Assembly (NCBI GenBank): GCA_038109055.1
Contig: JAYNIM010000008.1
Span: 30,866-94,865, forward strand
DNA: 64,000 bases
Direction of reading: 5' to 3'
Origin: a bacterium
GTDB lineage: Bacteria > Margulisbacteria > Marinamargulisbacteria > GCA-2716485 > JAYNIM01
Shown here: one piece after another, positions 24,801 to 31,900 of the stretch
Numbering within the stretch: the first letter of the stretch is position 1
How the letters are laid out: every line of letters starts with the position of its first letter
Translations under genes and position numbers: made by a program
Notes under the pieces: generated by a model
The model's database searches: none
What the model was told of the DNA's origin: nothing
The model's input: only the letters and a program-made list of their open reading frames with translations

Positions 24801-27800
24801 GTAACTGAAACGAGCCAGTAGAAAAGTCAATATTTTGGGTATCAATACGATCATACTCAAAATTAGCCACAAAACGTTGAATGGGCGCCATATCTGACGA
24901 CGTATTAAAGGGATTAACCGCATCAAGTGCCGTATTAAAGGTGGTTCTAAAAGAATCAAAAGCAGGAAAAAAATGTTCCAGATTAAAGTGTCTTACTTTA
25001 TTGCCCTCAAAATCTTGGGTATAACGGCTGGTGGTAAAATCTTCTTGTGACCAAAAGGCATCATCAGGTTTGCCATCTTGCAAATTGTCCGAACCATACA
25101 AAGGATCTCGTTGCAATCGACCATTTGAATACTGAAAGGTAGACCCAGGATCAGCTAAAAGTTGGTCGCTACGATCCCTTAAAGCATGATCAAGAGACGG
25201 AATAAGTTTATCTGTATAACTATCAGACCTAAGAGTAGAGTTGTCTTGGTAAGAAAGCCGCGATTTTTGGTGAATGCGAGTCATGAAATTCGTGAAATAG
25301 GCATAGATAAAGGTCATGTTTTTTTCGGTATTTTCAGTGACTAATTTTTGTAAATGAACTCGATACTCTGCACGGGTCTTTTCAAAACCAACCCCCAAGC
25401 CATCCAATAGGTCTGTTGTTGCACCATAAATAAAATTGGCAGCCATTTCTGCATAATTGAGATCATCACCTTCATTTTCAAATTCAACACGTGCATATTG
25501 ATCAATTCTTAACTCAGCCAGTTGATGCATGACGTCATTAATAGATTTAACAGACTCAAAGATTTGGTTTCGAAGAGTTGTAAATGTCGTATTTATTTTT
25601 TGTGTTAAAGCAGAAATAGTGTTATTTAAGCCTTGAAGTATTTTTTCTTTTTCAGCGGTATCAGCACGTTTTTGAGGATCTCCAGCTGCTGCAGCTGGAA
25701 TATTGGCGACGGCATCCTCCATAGTCGTAATAAAATCACTGGCTAAGGCAACAACCATTTCGACACGTGTCAATGCATCACGGATCTCAGTTCCAAGTTT
25801 ATCCAATGGATGATCAAAATAGCCGTCAGAGCTAGGCCCAATATCTTTAAAACTAAGCAATTGAATATAATCATCCATCTCATCACTGTCATAGGTGTCA
25901 ACTTCACCAGCGCCAGAAATTTTATCGGTGGTTGAGGGTCCTTTAAAATATTTTAAATTGACATTAAAGAAGGTATAGTTCCCAAAAAGATCCGTTTGTC
26001 CTTTGGATTTAAGATACGCATAATAGGTTTTATCTAAGCGAATCATAAATCGGCTCTTATTATTTTTTAAAATACTATGCAAGCCATGAAGCAAGGCAGA
26101 GCGTTCGTTGGCAGATAATCCCGATGAGGGAAAAATAGCATTCAATCGGGTAGCATCATCATCAAAAATATAATAATGAGAGCTATTATCAACCTTTGTG
26201 ATAAAGCCATGTTGGATAAGATCAGCCATTAAATTAGCTTCGCCTGTTATCCCTAAGTCTTGACGCAACAAAGAAAGTTTTTCTTCTAAATCAACTGATT
26301 TTAACTTCGTGATATAATCTCCGCCACTAGAGTCAGGGTCAGGATTATCTGCGGAGGATGTTTGAAGAGCGGAAGCAGGTGGAGTAAGCGCCGCCAGAGC
26401 ATCATTAAGCGCAGCTAATTCTTGAACCAATTGCCTAAATTGGGTTATTTCAGTGATTAATGTTTGTGCATTCGCCGGTAATTGAGCAAAAGACGCCAAG
26501 TCGAACATATCAGGGTGACTCGATAAAAAGTGAGTCATGTCACTCACAAGCGCAGTTAGATTTGTTTGCCACGTTTGAGCACTCTCTAAATCATTAACGG
26601 TTGAACCTGAGTTTTCAAAGGAGTTTAAAGATGGAAGCGCATAAAAAGTACCATTATTAAAGCGTATCCCTCTGGGGCTATCTTGATAATCAACAAATTG
26701 ATAAATCCCTTGTTGACTCTCACGACTAACAACACTCAAAACACTTGAAATAAGCGTCTGAATACTGGTATTTGAGCTTTCAATAGCAGCCTCTTTATCA
26801 CGAATTTCTGTAAGTTTTGCTTGATAAGCCGTCAAATCAGTTGTGGATGAAGAAGCGACCGCGGCTGTCGAGGGATCTTCATCTGCATCAATATACTGTT
26901 TATATAAAAGATATTCTGTATAACTGACAAAGTCATACATATACGAGCGGCTATTTCCTTTAGTTTCAATATGAGGCATTCGAAAAACCTCGGCCCAGTC
27001 TTTATTAAAAACAGCGGCCTCTACATTAGCGCCCGCTTGAAAAAGATGGTCGTGTAAACTAAATTGCGGGTCATTAGGATCGTAATGATAGAGAGAACTA
27101 ATAGGGGTGGTATCTTGAAGTCGATTGGGAGAGTGGCCAGCGAGTATAGAGGCATTAGGGGTAGCCCCAAAATTAACAGATTCACCAGCAAAGCCTAGGC
27201 CATATGCAGTATGAAAGTTTGCCGCAATTTCTTGACGTTGTTCAAAATGCTGGTCATTAAACACAAAAACAGTATCAAAATCATTGTCAGAGCGAGGCTC
27301 TAAGCCCTTGCCCAAACTAGGATCTAGGACATACTGGGCCTCAGGAAGGTTTAAAAACACCAACATATGGCCCTGAGGACCATCAGACGTTTGTGCGTAA
27401 CCTGCAGCAAGTTGAACCATGCGACGACTTTGGTCGAAGGAAATCCCTTTATAATCCTCTAAAACATGCAACAGTAACGAGGCCTGAACAATAGCTAAAT
27501 CTTCACAGTCCCCCTGTTGTGTCGCAAACGTTTCACCGATAGATTGCCAATGATCTGTTGAGCCAAGTGCATGAGTCGAGGTCTCAGAGACATAGCGAAA
27601 GCGTTTTTGAACGTAATTAAGCAATTTAACAGAGAGTTCTTCAATCGACATCCCAGCACTAAGCTGGCCACTCTCAAAAAGCTGCCGAACAGTGTCCCGA
27701 ATATGCCCATCCTGACTATTAACCAAATATTGCTGTTTACGAAAGGCCCAAGCCCGAGGGGATAAGGTTGTTTCAAACGAGGATTTAAGAGAGTCCCAAG

Positions 27801-28227
27801 GAGCAAGGTCACGCTGTTGTTGGATTGTCATCTGTTCAAGACAGGCAAGAAGTCGGTTTTGGGTGGCAATATCAATATCGAGTGAAGAAAGAGAATCCGC
27901 CTGAGAAACAAAAAAACGTTTGAGGGCAGCAAGGGTAGTAGGCGGTAAAGGGTCTGCCGAGGCCAGAGTTGTTAAGGCTGTTTTAATGCCATCACGATTC
28001 ATGTCATCATCAAAAGACAAGGCCTCAAGTTGCGAGGCCAAAGACTTTAAGGTATTGGACAAGTCAGGAGCAAGATCATAGTGTTTTGGCGCTAAGGTAT
28101 CAGATGAAGGGGTGGTCTGAGGAAAAGGAATAGGGGAAACAGGACGATTATTCTGATCGGGTGTAGACAACTCAAGCGAGTCGTCTTCAGGTTGCGCGAT
28201 AAACGATGAGTCAATATGTAATGCCAT
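12802..28227 (-). CDS. Giant 5141-aa protein: transglutaminase-like cysteine protease domain (BTLCP/LapG-like), repeated helical modules and a Leu-rich helical C-terminus
   Basis: Uninterrupted 15.4-kb ORF. DHWQ...GDCEDLAI (C241), GHMLV (H287) and YVLDP (D302). No obvious Sec signal peptide. Confidence 0.85.
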   Translation of the reverse strand: MALHIDSSFIAQPEDDSLELSTPDQNNRPVSPIPFPQTTPSSDTLAPKHYDLAPDLSNTLKSLASQLEALSFDDDMNRDGIKTALTTLASADPLPPTTLAALKRFFVSQADSLSSLDIDIATQNRLLACLEQMTIQQQRDLAPWDSLKSSFETTLSPRAWAFRKQQYLVNSQDGHIRDTVRQLFESGQLSAGMSIEELSVKLLNYVQKRFRYVSETSTHALGSTDHWQSIGETFATQQGDCEDLAIVQASLLLHVLEDYKGISFDQSRRMVQLAAGYAQTSDGPQGHMLVFLNLPEAQYVLDPSLGKGLEPRSDNDFDTVFVFNDQHFEQRQEIAANFHTAYGLGFAGESVNFGATPNASILAGHSPNRLQDTTPISSLYHYDPNDPQFSLHDHLFQAGANVEAAVFNKDWAEVFRMPHIETKGNSRSYMYDFVSYTEYLLYKQYIDADEDPSTAAVASSSTTDLTAYQAKLTEIRDKEAAIESSNTSIQTLISSVLSVVSRESQQGIYQFVDYQDSPRGIRFNNGTFYALPSLNSFENSGSTVNDLESAQTWQTNLTALVSDMTHFLSSHPDMFDLASFAQLPANAQTLITEITQFRQLVQELAALNDALAALTPPASALQTSSADNPDPDSSGGDYITKLKSVDLEEKLSLLRQDLGITGEANLMADLIQHGFITKVDNSSHYYIFDDDATRLNAIFPSSGLSANERSALLHGLHSILKNNKSRFMIRLDKTYYAYLKSKGQTDLFGNYTFFNVNLKYFKGPSTTDKISGAGEVDTYDSDEMDDYIQLLSFKDIGPSSDGYFDHPLDKLGTEIRDALTRVEMVVALASDFITTMEDAVANIPAAAAGDPQKRADTAEKEKILQGLNNTISALTQKINTTFTTLRNQIFESVKSINDVMHQLAELRIDQYARVEFENEGDDLNYAEMAANFIYGATTDLLDGLGVGFEKTRAEYRVHLQKLVTENTEKNMTFIYAYFTNFMTRIHQKSRLSYQDNSTLRSDSYTDKLIPSLDHALRDRSDQLLADPGSTFQYSNGRLQRDPLYGSDNLQDGKPDDAFWSQEDFTTSRYTQDFEGNKVRHFNLEHFFPAFDSFRTTFNTALDAVNPFNTSSDMAPIQRFVANFEYDRIDTQNIDFSTGSFQLPDLSGNLAAVASNPSASTPYRLFHPQMRDDRIRAGQDDSGRLFMRHQRGAMRSDVIYTPGTSAKDILGKSNDIDAEDVLSEDSSIVASILDQIQNGISSVTDLGSISQLLVPSEATRTSPFIDMNSFWYVDLLDKLNAYERFLNLLFISLSAIQQYQLDAAAGIAQAAGAQSRPVKTTVNKIMSSRFMAEFSLANQTLEKLNDQFKDYKEAINTLIKHQQEYYLNNLEQTLNITKSTVAITNFGIAQGLATALEVASKAWSAPGSPPPIPKQFSFPVFWRVGSGIVDRAFDEKEYNIHKTFYRYQTPYLLQYYPVLFPKNKWSPLYDQEDDLARVSLGRGGGFYGVDSLTNFSPSFSAANHNNAPYDSRHKPFDNSIYQGSNEATPDQFWMTNRLNGSLAARTDLLLGQYPKLDYRRNSLFFDGTPSAKNRLSQDFLAKSYFHLDDTRIALRRLAAGRIETLPTGTGFAGDDNNALLDYRIPHLEHAFPGRQETQKLPLLLPTGSGGFTKNSLALSMIEQSHFRGMQGLEMYFNIWMHYLETLSNTTASILQLFAKTSSRHQLTLSSLDQLRDGLQQAFSTLVSFETSLKDTFKSELDTLITAFKHNVDVNKTIRKKYYDFSESMLDFSLSLYALRQILNTGPAAYISPIPWMRAKKRLEAQDLILDLVESPLSHSQPYSDLRTTYFEQPRIDERMNTLADWRRTQSSAFDMELYQGNPGHHFYDEYNEPLYNSPSHPNQSRLNSVSSPHTFLPSYALRDLDISSDGQSATLSDEGQRHYHARDFLSLFHHHTSDSTPFFNGLHTQSMDNLRALSQPNINGNNGDSNYDELFSRSVSADPFYYPALTSRATRNNFISDSNSGSYVPNFGTFRSLEPLEEGQPNFINRSGRFENSSQTFKTGIFDSTKNDVRAYDGSIESQYDTDGSALFDFALNFSQLNFENLALMDEKMNVDYLQRLKLFQLINMYTDTLRKSVDKVIRDFSGVENRSSQGVMQQAMQALDAYSQVQQALSSAFVEELSAQVQLYNDYLTTKTTLTLETAVDTVYLAAISSYVIASAVGATAETKTSMKDKLEKLISAQRVVKGIKTVATAVVGLYRFFSLRDAASSKHSNLLTDFFPVDDTLAASTDDVSDTDDKKKNAALNREKDDGLRASNIVKNVGGSTVETKLNDAQLIKTSSMGTTIINRGALIKKRLELKKQKNRATMVMDIFDSAMQTLASASDVAGQGAVIGNAFSMSKKGMGAFQSLLSRKLDRLTAKLEQLKESRDRAVNDIRSIVFEFVTKMGVLGLKAFGGRVMSSSQGKKATAALSKKWLRIKFKLKFKNNLFSSNNSARKLKFIFNKLVFPQGFSENTGFLQLFIARILGNLAKSEGALQSSFDSEDMFQDGSDLGDAGGISGDQLPTADMENLMFEADLMKGNVQIRKELLKEQKALQGMFSTDISLSLQHFMQKVFERFLLKRYLNKTSPTSTTAAVFVNTLRAIPFLLLDKKKKKLRRLDIMHDKNLNNILFADGQEDDWNKGETPFINPLTRALAQKMGVDGKSALMTPQEVKEHAKKLANLDPINDLDKMPSDQKALFHPSDAELEEKFAEEWEKKTNPEKASEIRLEFQDLNTSQQNKFADDATRYGMAADDFRQNKPNTDIPLLDSIYKEVFIKREKEKEKENAVNAVKKRHKKKRMLLNGILAAASLPVSVPGEVLSYISSKINPKPDSTTAKVGDVTSHIIGGLGDILSSPFIESRLSRDAKDLSFKVGQKWSNSTIGRTFTNMHNWLVTDIPTNKPFNLLRRVLLSLSLPVSLIKLIFPHNWVYLTAFLDVLVNNSSHTKDSQALLKDGFVGLTGMTRHAWPMTDPNPTDPQDILKEAVRTEKDDRRHILQHGSAYEPSAEVGDMAGIATFANIKNIKTTVSDHFDDTDGQNKAPTSQELRVLMALGDVPSTTTSDDIKQDAAEGLSQIFDKLGLTAAIQSHKSKKEIHGILRYGLKIARDATDPGKREALLSGGTKLSDEQKQGLTSILPDKNAEDTLMAQLVGFIDPKTSAAEVRKHAVQLAAKHANANSTTASIKDSIAQFETAIHGFGKDSKGKGGFSKGLTGLKERREMVQKLTQSYDAYRDYADSSSSKYFRSKEARQILGDVLQTGSAHTFEDDDGSLVSKLKELSGDSDEGGLETTLEELLKLKSDDSTIFKKLREGLSQGSFNKNDVANFLSGNTTSQNLVQILGSTGLSNPLDSTLSNNIANVLNALGATDEPSFDSDTLSFEDIGLAYSMLSLNKSQLNWQMGAGGTSSINPKKALKLLHSSDSKQGLALYDDHIEALRKKKVGIDFEGTKKGFTFRTRKAKDPIASQLFDQLTQARLEVADEDDRENPAYLSRLPSEQTTHLTDHPSSFLKSLQRRADDSVNASVLAREFIGYMWGQMQYASGDPGSPQTIIEEKRALNALISLKKDFAILDKQTKERILEGVKNLNDQGGGGILRDETKRFLGHVLRGDSLAFNADIAQLSGFEDFDTEDEAYEVLRKKDKDEVDLFKRDQLVLRMEPYKKQAPDSPNPAGNAGGLAVAGPQNTQGPGTMAVAGPQNTQGPGTMAVAGSQNTQGPGTMAVAGSQTQGPVALAALGPQTTPTSAQAVSTDGSAPVPGAPVAESMAFAVENLAQEYAEKFAESDDAKDPAVASKIVSHAQAYIKKFQKHFSSLDKAESKRIEKLIQKYIKEPKDPGDVAINTFAIAASLDSIVANPSSPHILPQFDINHFMEQDEATATLRTAYTQFLSPTLRSKLSHLSDNLDSIDDDDPNTPHPKAQQRESHSSSEDTEDEDLLFDDRVDLAPLQLAPSSLSEDLVAALVDLSFASLSEDAMACFESVYALVVKALLSRFNDMGRPKALLALESLTPDSPPGTLQRQLIEDCFSLSCVDPSLASLFSLLEVAYVVSQWPQQSALLHVYLLYVTPLSQLQVWLQGHSSVTLSGSLRFDLTAYHSQRSLQVLQRLYTLAGDHAFVSDALSQSDTDFLALLSQPLTELAQRPFWLAACHAMAVFYEASDPCLTNRRLQVSLQRCYAFQEDLFGTGLHTVITARLDTQPSLLRLWQASGCWLAFLGSLSELEFSTLTSLLPEIDAALLKQLYTHCRTRSQLESVLEQPWSVFQDKKHLARIPTFLMTCPELLVKGLYYHPRYFVQFCLACAHFPHHKLYQDLFDLLPSSITDQLQPLLRHAVAILSCLHTPTPDHWLMMILARRMDQRHRLTMLWALWLLDSTLFTSVFTSFHGRISASLFHYLRLDTGQPLAASSCRSLFKSLKKEGYINASSYPTARLHEGVLQQHAPLQSLAASFGLHLRSLCQRLHLLRDQQERWVSLFSQHPPDGLHLLPAFSRFRHALTRMTGYFSSQTHDQFNRIDALALSGLDTVSTPTLGLSHLKELLSLLRPYEARFRLSVDKDVANVLTRRPCFTFAYVFQLWTLFDHLLRQHFMQQELGHTLESIWRSLSKQLLLFALGSHTIASDSEALSQLLSTLFSYDSKGFQHPFHWAFSRGTALQRSALFTMLLAIPSISLPDLLRCIGFVDPSKPYPAAIAAALPLDDAQLLLAYCDSGQGHLPAHCLLPALQSYYTSQPTAIGFLKTALFLNQAQPGLSVRDWQLFPVLLSIDTETLLGFLVLLDPTLRQTCLRFVQQKRHDISDLDTHLSQTLQDCHHGRCHTSGPLLLAQLCFLLRFTQHTDKAVVFASACQKLPAEHCSSLLDLILQDPRHSQALFLLFDSQEGLNTCFSQALCKTASSLPAKSWFMAFRSPSLKKALLDMALLNPQYAHLPALVIEQSKTASIPLDDVPELYLALGCQWASVTESVPFSSAELPPSPSPDDNSFIDTSTWMLRFSRSQGLSITQKKLFHHALRDPDFVSAFVRHLDQMLDTKVPEALIILQRLLSQGHFKHQSFFHTLWQSLLEIDPVLSSTFQATLTQHMTQPRSQQQPQDFQRLLTLLLPFLDSASKHQIKTYYVGRSSKKKAPQKNTV
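16981..17138 (-). repeat. In-frame 42-bp tandem repeat (about 3.7 copies, one unit 39 bp) encoding AVAGPQNTQGPGTM
   Basis: aggaccctgag recurs at 16981, 17020, 17062 and 17104 on the + strand. Confidence 0.95.
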
Positions 28228-28254
28228 AAGTTAGTCTTTTGATCCTTGTGGGGT

Positions 28255-28282
28255 ATATCGAAGAATACGGCATAAAACTTGT
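28255..28282 (-). promoter_or_regulatory. Putative sigma28 (FliA/SigD)-like promoter of the giant gene
   Basis: ACAA-GTTTTATGCCGTATTC(16)-TTCGATAT, 27 nt upstream of ATG 28227; compare the consensus TAAA-N15/16-GCCGATA. Confidence 0.5.
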
Positions 28283-28318
28283 ATCAAAACGGAGCTAAAC
28301 GAAAAAAAGAAAACGAAA

Positions 28319-28882
28319 TTAAGAAAGATTGAGCTTTTTTTCTTTATCCGCCTGAAAGGTATTAATACATGCATCGCCAAAATAGTGACGTAGCTCTTTT
28401 TCATGAGGCAGACTCAAACACGTCAATAAATAGGGCTGAATTTTACTAAAACCACGCGCGTTAATACAGTACCAAAAACGCGAGTGTATAGCGGGAGGAT
28501 GCTGCTCTAGGGCGGCAAGTAAGACGGGGGAAACATCATAGGGGCTATGGATCAGTCCTGCTTGAATCAAGGCAATATAGTCAGCCTTTTCACTACGGGC
28601 TAGTAAGGTAACTAAAAAATTCTGAGGGGTATAATGATGAACAGTCGCCAAGGTTGCAATACACAAGGTCTGAGCCAAGGTTGGAAAGGAATCAAAACGA
28701 GCACAGAGCTCAGGCAGTACAGAGGCCTGTTTATGACACAATATCTGAAGCGCCAAGCTAAGTTCTGCAGCAGAAGCATCTGATTGCAAGGTCTCAAACA
28801 AAAACTGGATGTCAGGCGCTTCTAACAAAAAACCATCCAAACAGCGTTCCTCAAGCAACAGTAAACGGGTTAATATGTCCAT
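28319..28882 (-). CDS. Hypothetical helical (HEAT-repeat-like) protein
   Basis: 187 aa of Leu/Ala-rich amphipathic helices; TGCTATACT extended -10 lies 10 nt upstream. Confidence 0.65.
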   Translation of the reverse strand: MDILTRLLLLEERCLDGFLLEAPDIQFLFETLQSDASAAELSLALQILCHKQASVLPELCARFDSFPTLAQTLCIATLATVHHYTPQNFLVTLLARSEKADYIALIQAGLIHSPYDVSPVLLAALEQHPPAIHSRFWYCINARGFSKIQPYLLTCLSLPHEKELRHYFGDACINTFQADKEKKLNLS

Positions 28883-28945
28883 GCTATAGCAAAGTATAGC
28901 ATGGTCATCAGTTCAGGGGTTATCTGCGGGTTTTGTATTTAATAC

Positions 28946-31900
28946 CTAAGCAAATTGTCTCTGAATATAAGCTCGTCTTGAACGAGCTGCCGTGACAAGG
29001 CGTTTGGGAGCGGTATAAGGGGATATATCTTGAATATGAGGAAGGGGTAACCCTGTATGAGAAGAAAAGGAGTGCCCTGATCCAGGGTACGAAACTACCT
29101 GTTCGTGTGTAGGAAAAGGATGTGTGCCTGTATAGGTAGACCATCTTGAAGGGGTTTTCGGGACAGGGCGGCGGGGAAAACGAACGACTGGGGGATAAGA
29201 ATACCCACTATCAATTTTTCGACGACGGAGGGCTGCTGGTTGACGAGGCATTGAACAAGGAGGTAGAGAAGGAGCTGATGGAAATGCTGGTAAAGGACGT
29301 GTAGATCTGAAAGCGGGACGGTGGTCAAGATGACCCGCAGCAAAATCTGGGCTAGAAGGGGTTGAAAAGACCGAAGAACCTTCAGAGGCATCAGAACCAT
29401 CAGAGAGATACCCTGCAGTAGTGTTTAAACATGGGTTAAGGTAGCCTTGTTTTCTTTCAGACTCAGCCAGCTGCTCACAGACGGCCCGTCCATCCAAATC
29501 AGGATTTTGTATTAATTTATCCCAAAGTTTAACACAAGTAGAAGCATTTGGGCGCTTTTCAGGTCTTTGTCGAAGACAGGCAAAACAAAACTCTTGAGCC
29601 GCTTTTTCTAAGTAATTAGAAACAGGTCTTCTAGAAATGTCATTAACTAAGGCCGCATGGAACTCTTCAGGAGTGGGGCGATAGCGAATGTCACCGAAGT
29701 GGGTCTGAATAAATTGGGCTGTTAACTCACTAGGGTGTTGTTTTTCGCAGTCGAAAAAAAATGGAAATTGTGTGCCAGTCACAAGCTCATAAATACTCAG
29801 GCCCAATGCATAGATATCAGCCTCCTTGCGTGGCGCCATCTCGTCTTTTCTACTGGGTTCGGGGCCAGTGAGTGATGACCGGGTATATCCAGCATAATGA
29901 CGACCATTTAACTGCAAAGATGAAGCGCCAAAGTCAATAAACTGGACCTTGCCAGTAGTAGGATCTTGCATGATATTTTCAGATTTTATATCACCATGAA
30001 CAATGTTTTTTGCATGAAGGTCTGCCATGGACGCCAGAAGAGTTTTTACCTGAGACGAAAGGTGAATATTTGGTAGCTTATTTTTCTCTTTAAGCACCAT
30101 ATACAGTTCTTCACTGTCAGTGCGATAAACAGCTAGGACATCGTCCGGATTAGCCTGACATGTTGCCAAAATCTCAATTAAAGCCTCTTCATACGTACAC
30201 TCTCGATGAGTATGATTTCCTGCAGTGACTCTTTTTAAAATACAAGAGTCTTCTAACCTCTGACTAATGATTTGGGCATTTTTACCCTCAAACTGATAAA
30301 CACCAGGCGCGAGTTTGTTTGAATAGCTCTTAACCTCCTGTATATTTGTAATAGTTTGAAAAGGAATCTTAAGGTTATCGATCATTCGTTGAAATTGACG
30401 ATTGATCATATCTGAACCATGCTGATGAGCAGGACAAGACTTAGCTATTGGACGCTGAGGATGAACCTCATAGCGACCAGGGTGCACGGAATGTGTGGGC
30501 GGATGATCCAATCTACGCTCAACAGTTCTGTGCGTATCTACCCCTGTACGCTGAGAAGCGTATCCAGACCAAGGGGGTGCTGCACTACGACGCCCAGCTC
30601 TACGATGGGGCACTTCGCGTTCATAGGGATGGCCCCCAAATTCACGATATTTATGGCGAGCATGAGCATGACGATCAGCTGAGATAACACAGGCAAGCTC
30701 GGAGTTATCACTAGACCTGTGTGTATTATCTTTAAAAGAAGATTGTAAGGCCTGAATACTTTCCTGAAAGTTATCTAATAGTTTGGTAACCGTTTCGTGG
30801 TTTTCGTCATCCAAATCAGTCCGAAATATAGCCGATAAGTGTTGAGTCACGGTGTCACTGTCTAATGTTTGATCCAATAGTTGATCAAACAGGGTATAAA
30901 AGTCCGCCTTAGAAGCCTCAACAATAATTTGGACAGAAAGAGGGTTCGTCATACGAGAAAAGGGGAGAATTAAATTAGCTAACAAGGTTCGTTTATAGAT
31001 GTGGAATAAATCGTTATAATTCTTTGTTTTGGCGTCTAATTGGGCAGAATCCGAAAGATCATGACAATAATAGGTCTTGAGTGTACCAGGGGTTTGCTGC
31101 GCATTTCTTGGGATACTAAAACGACCTTCAAGTTGTTTTAATTGATGGGGGGATAGCGCCATTTCTCCAGCGTAGAATCCGAGGCCACCCTGGGCATGAT
31201 TGACTTGCCAATCAGTCCCACGTCCTATCTGGGAGAGAGTACCAACAATCACATTGGGACGCAGTAAGCCCTCTTCTACAAGTTTAGCATCAGCATCATT
31301 ATGCAAGGTGCCTTGATATAAAAAAGACCCTTTTAGTTGAGAATGTAGAGCTTTTGCTCGCTCTAGGGTATCAGTGGCAACCAAGATGGGTCTAGTAGAA
31401 CGTTTATGTTTCTCTTTCTCTTTCTCAATGGCTGAGATAACAGCCTGATCAGGATTGGAACATTGTTTGTGAGTAGTCTTAATATCTGACACTTCTCTAG
31501 GAGGAATAACAATATTGGTCGTCCTAGGAGAAAGAAGCTTTTGCATGACCTGTTGCGACCCTGCTTCTATACAAGATGAGTCAGTTGGGTCAGAGAAAGC
31601 GGTTGCAGAGATGCCTATCATTGAGTTAAATTGTTTCGCCATCTCAACATAAGGAACAGTCACTCCCCGTAAGGAAGGAGCTTTAGGCGTTATTCCATAC
31701 TGACATAAGAGAAGCCCATGAGTAATACCAGACATATAAGTCCCTTCAGAATAGCGGCCATCAGGCTTCATAGGGATTAAATCAAAACCGAGGCTATTTT
31801 CTAGCTCTCTATCATTTAAATCCTTAAGTTTACCCTCAAGTTCTCCATAAGCAGATTGTAGCGTTTCTTTGGTATAAGGAAATCCAAATTGGTTCATTTC

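Noticed and set aside
12842..27812. Many 60-190 aa ORFs antisense to or out of frame within the giant gene (and similar ones across the window)
   Set aside because: Shadow ORFs with no recognisable motifs.
12802..28227. RTX/MARTX or LapA-type adhesin
   Set aside because: No GGxGxD nonapeptide repeats or Ig-like repeats, and no adjacent type I secretion genes.
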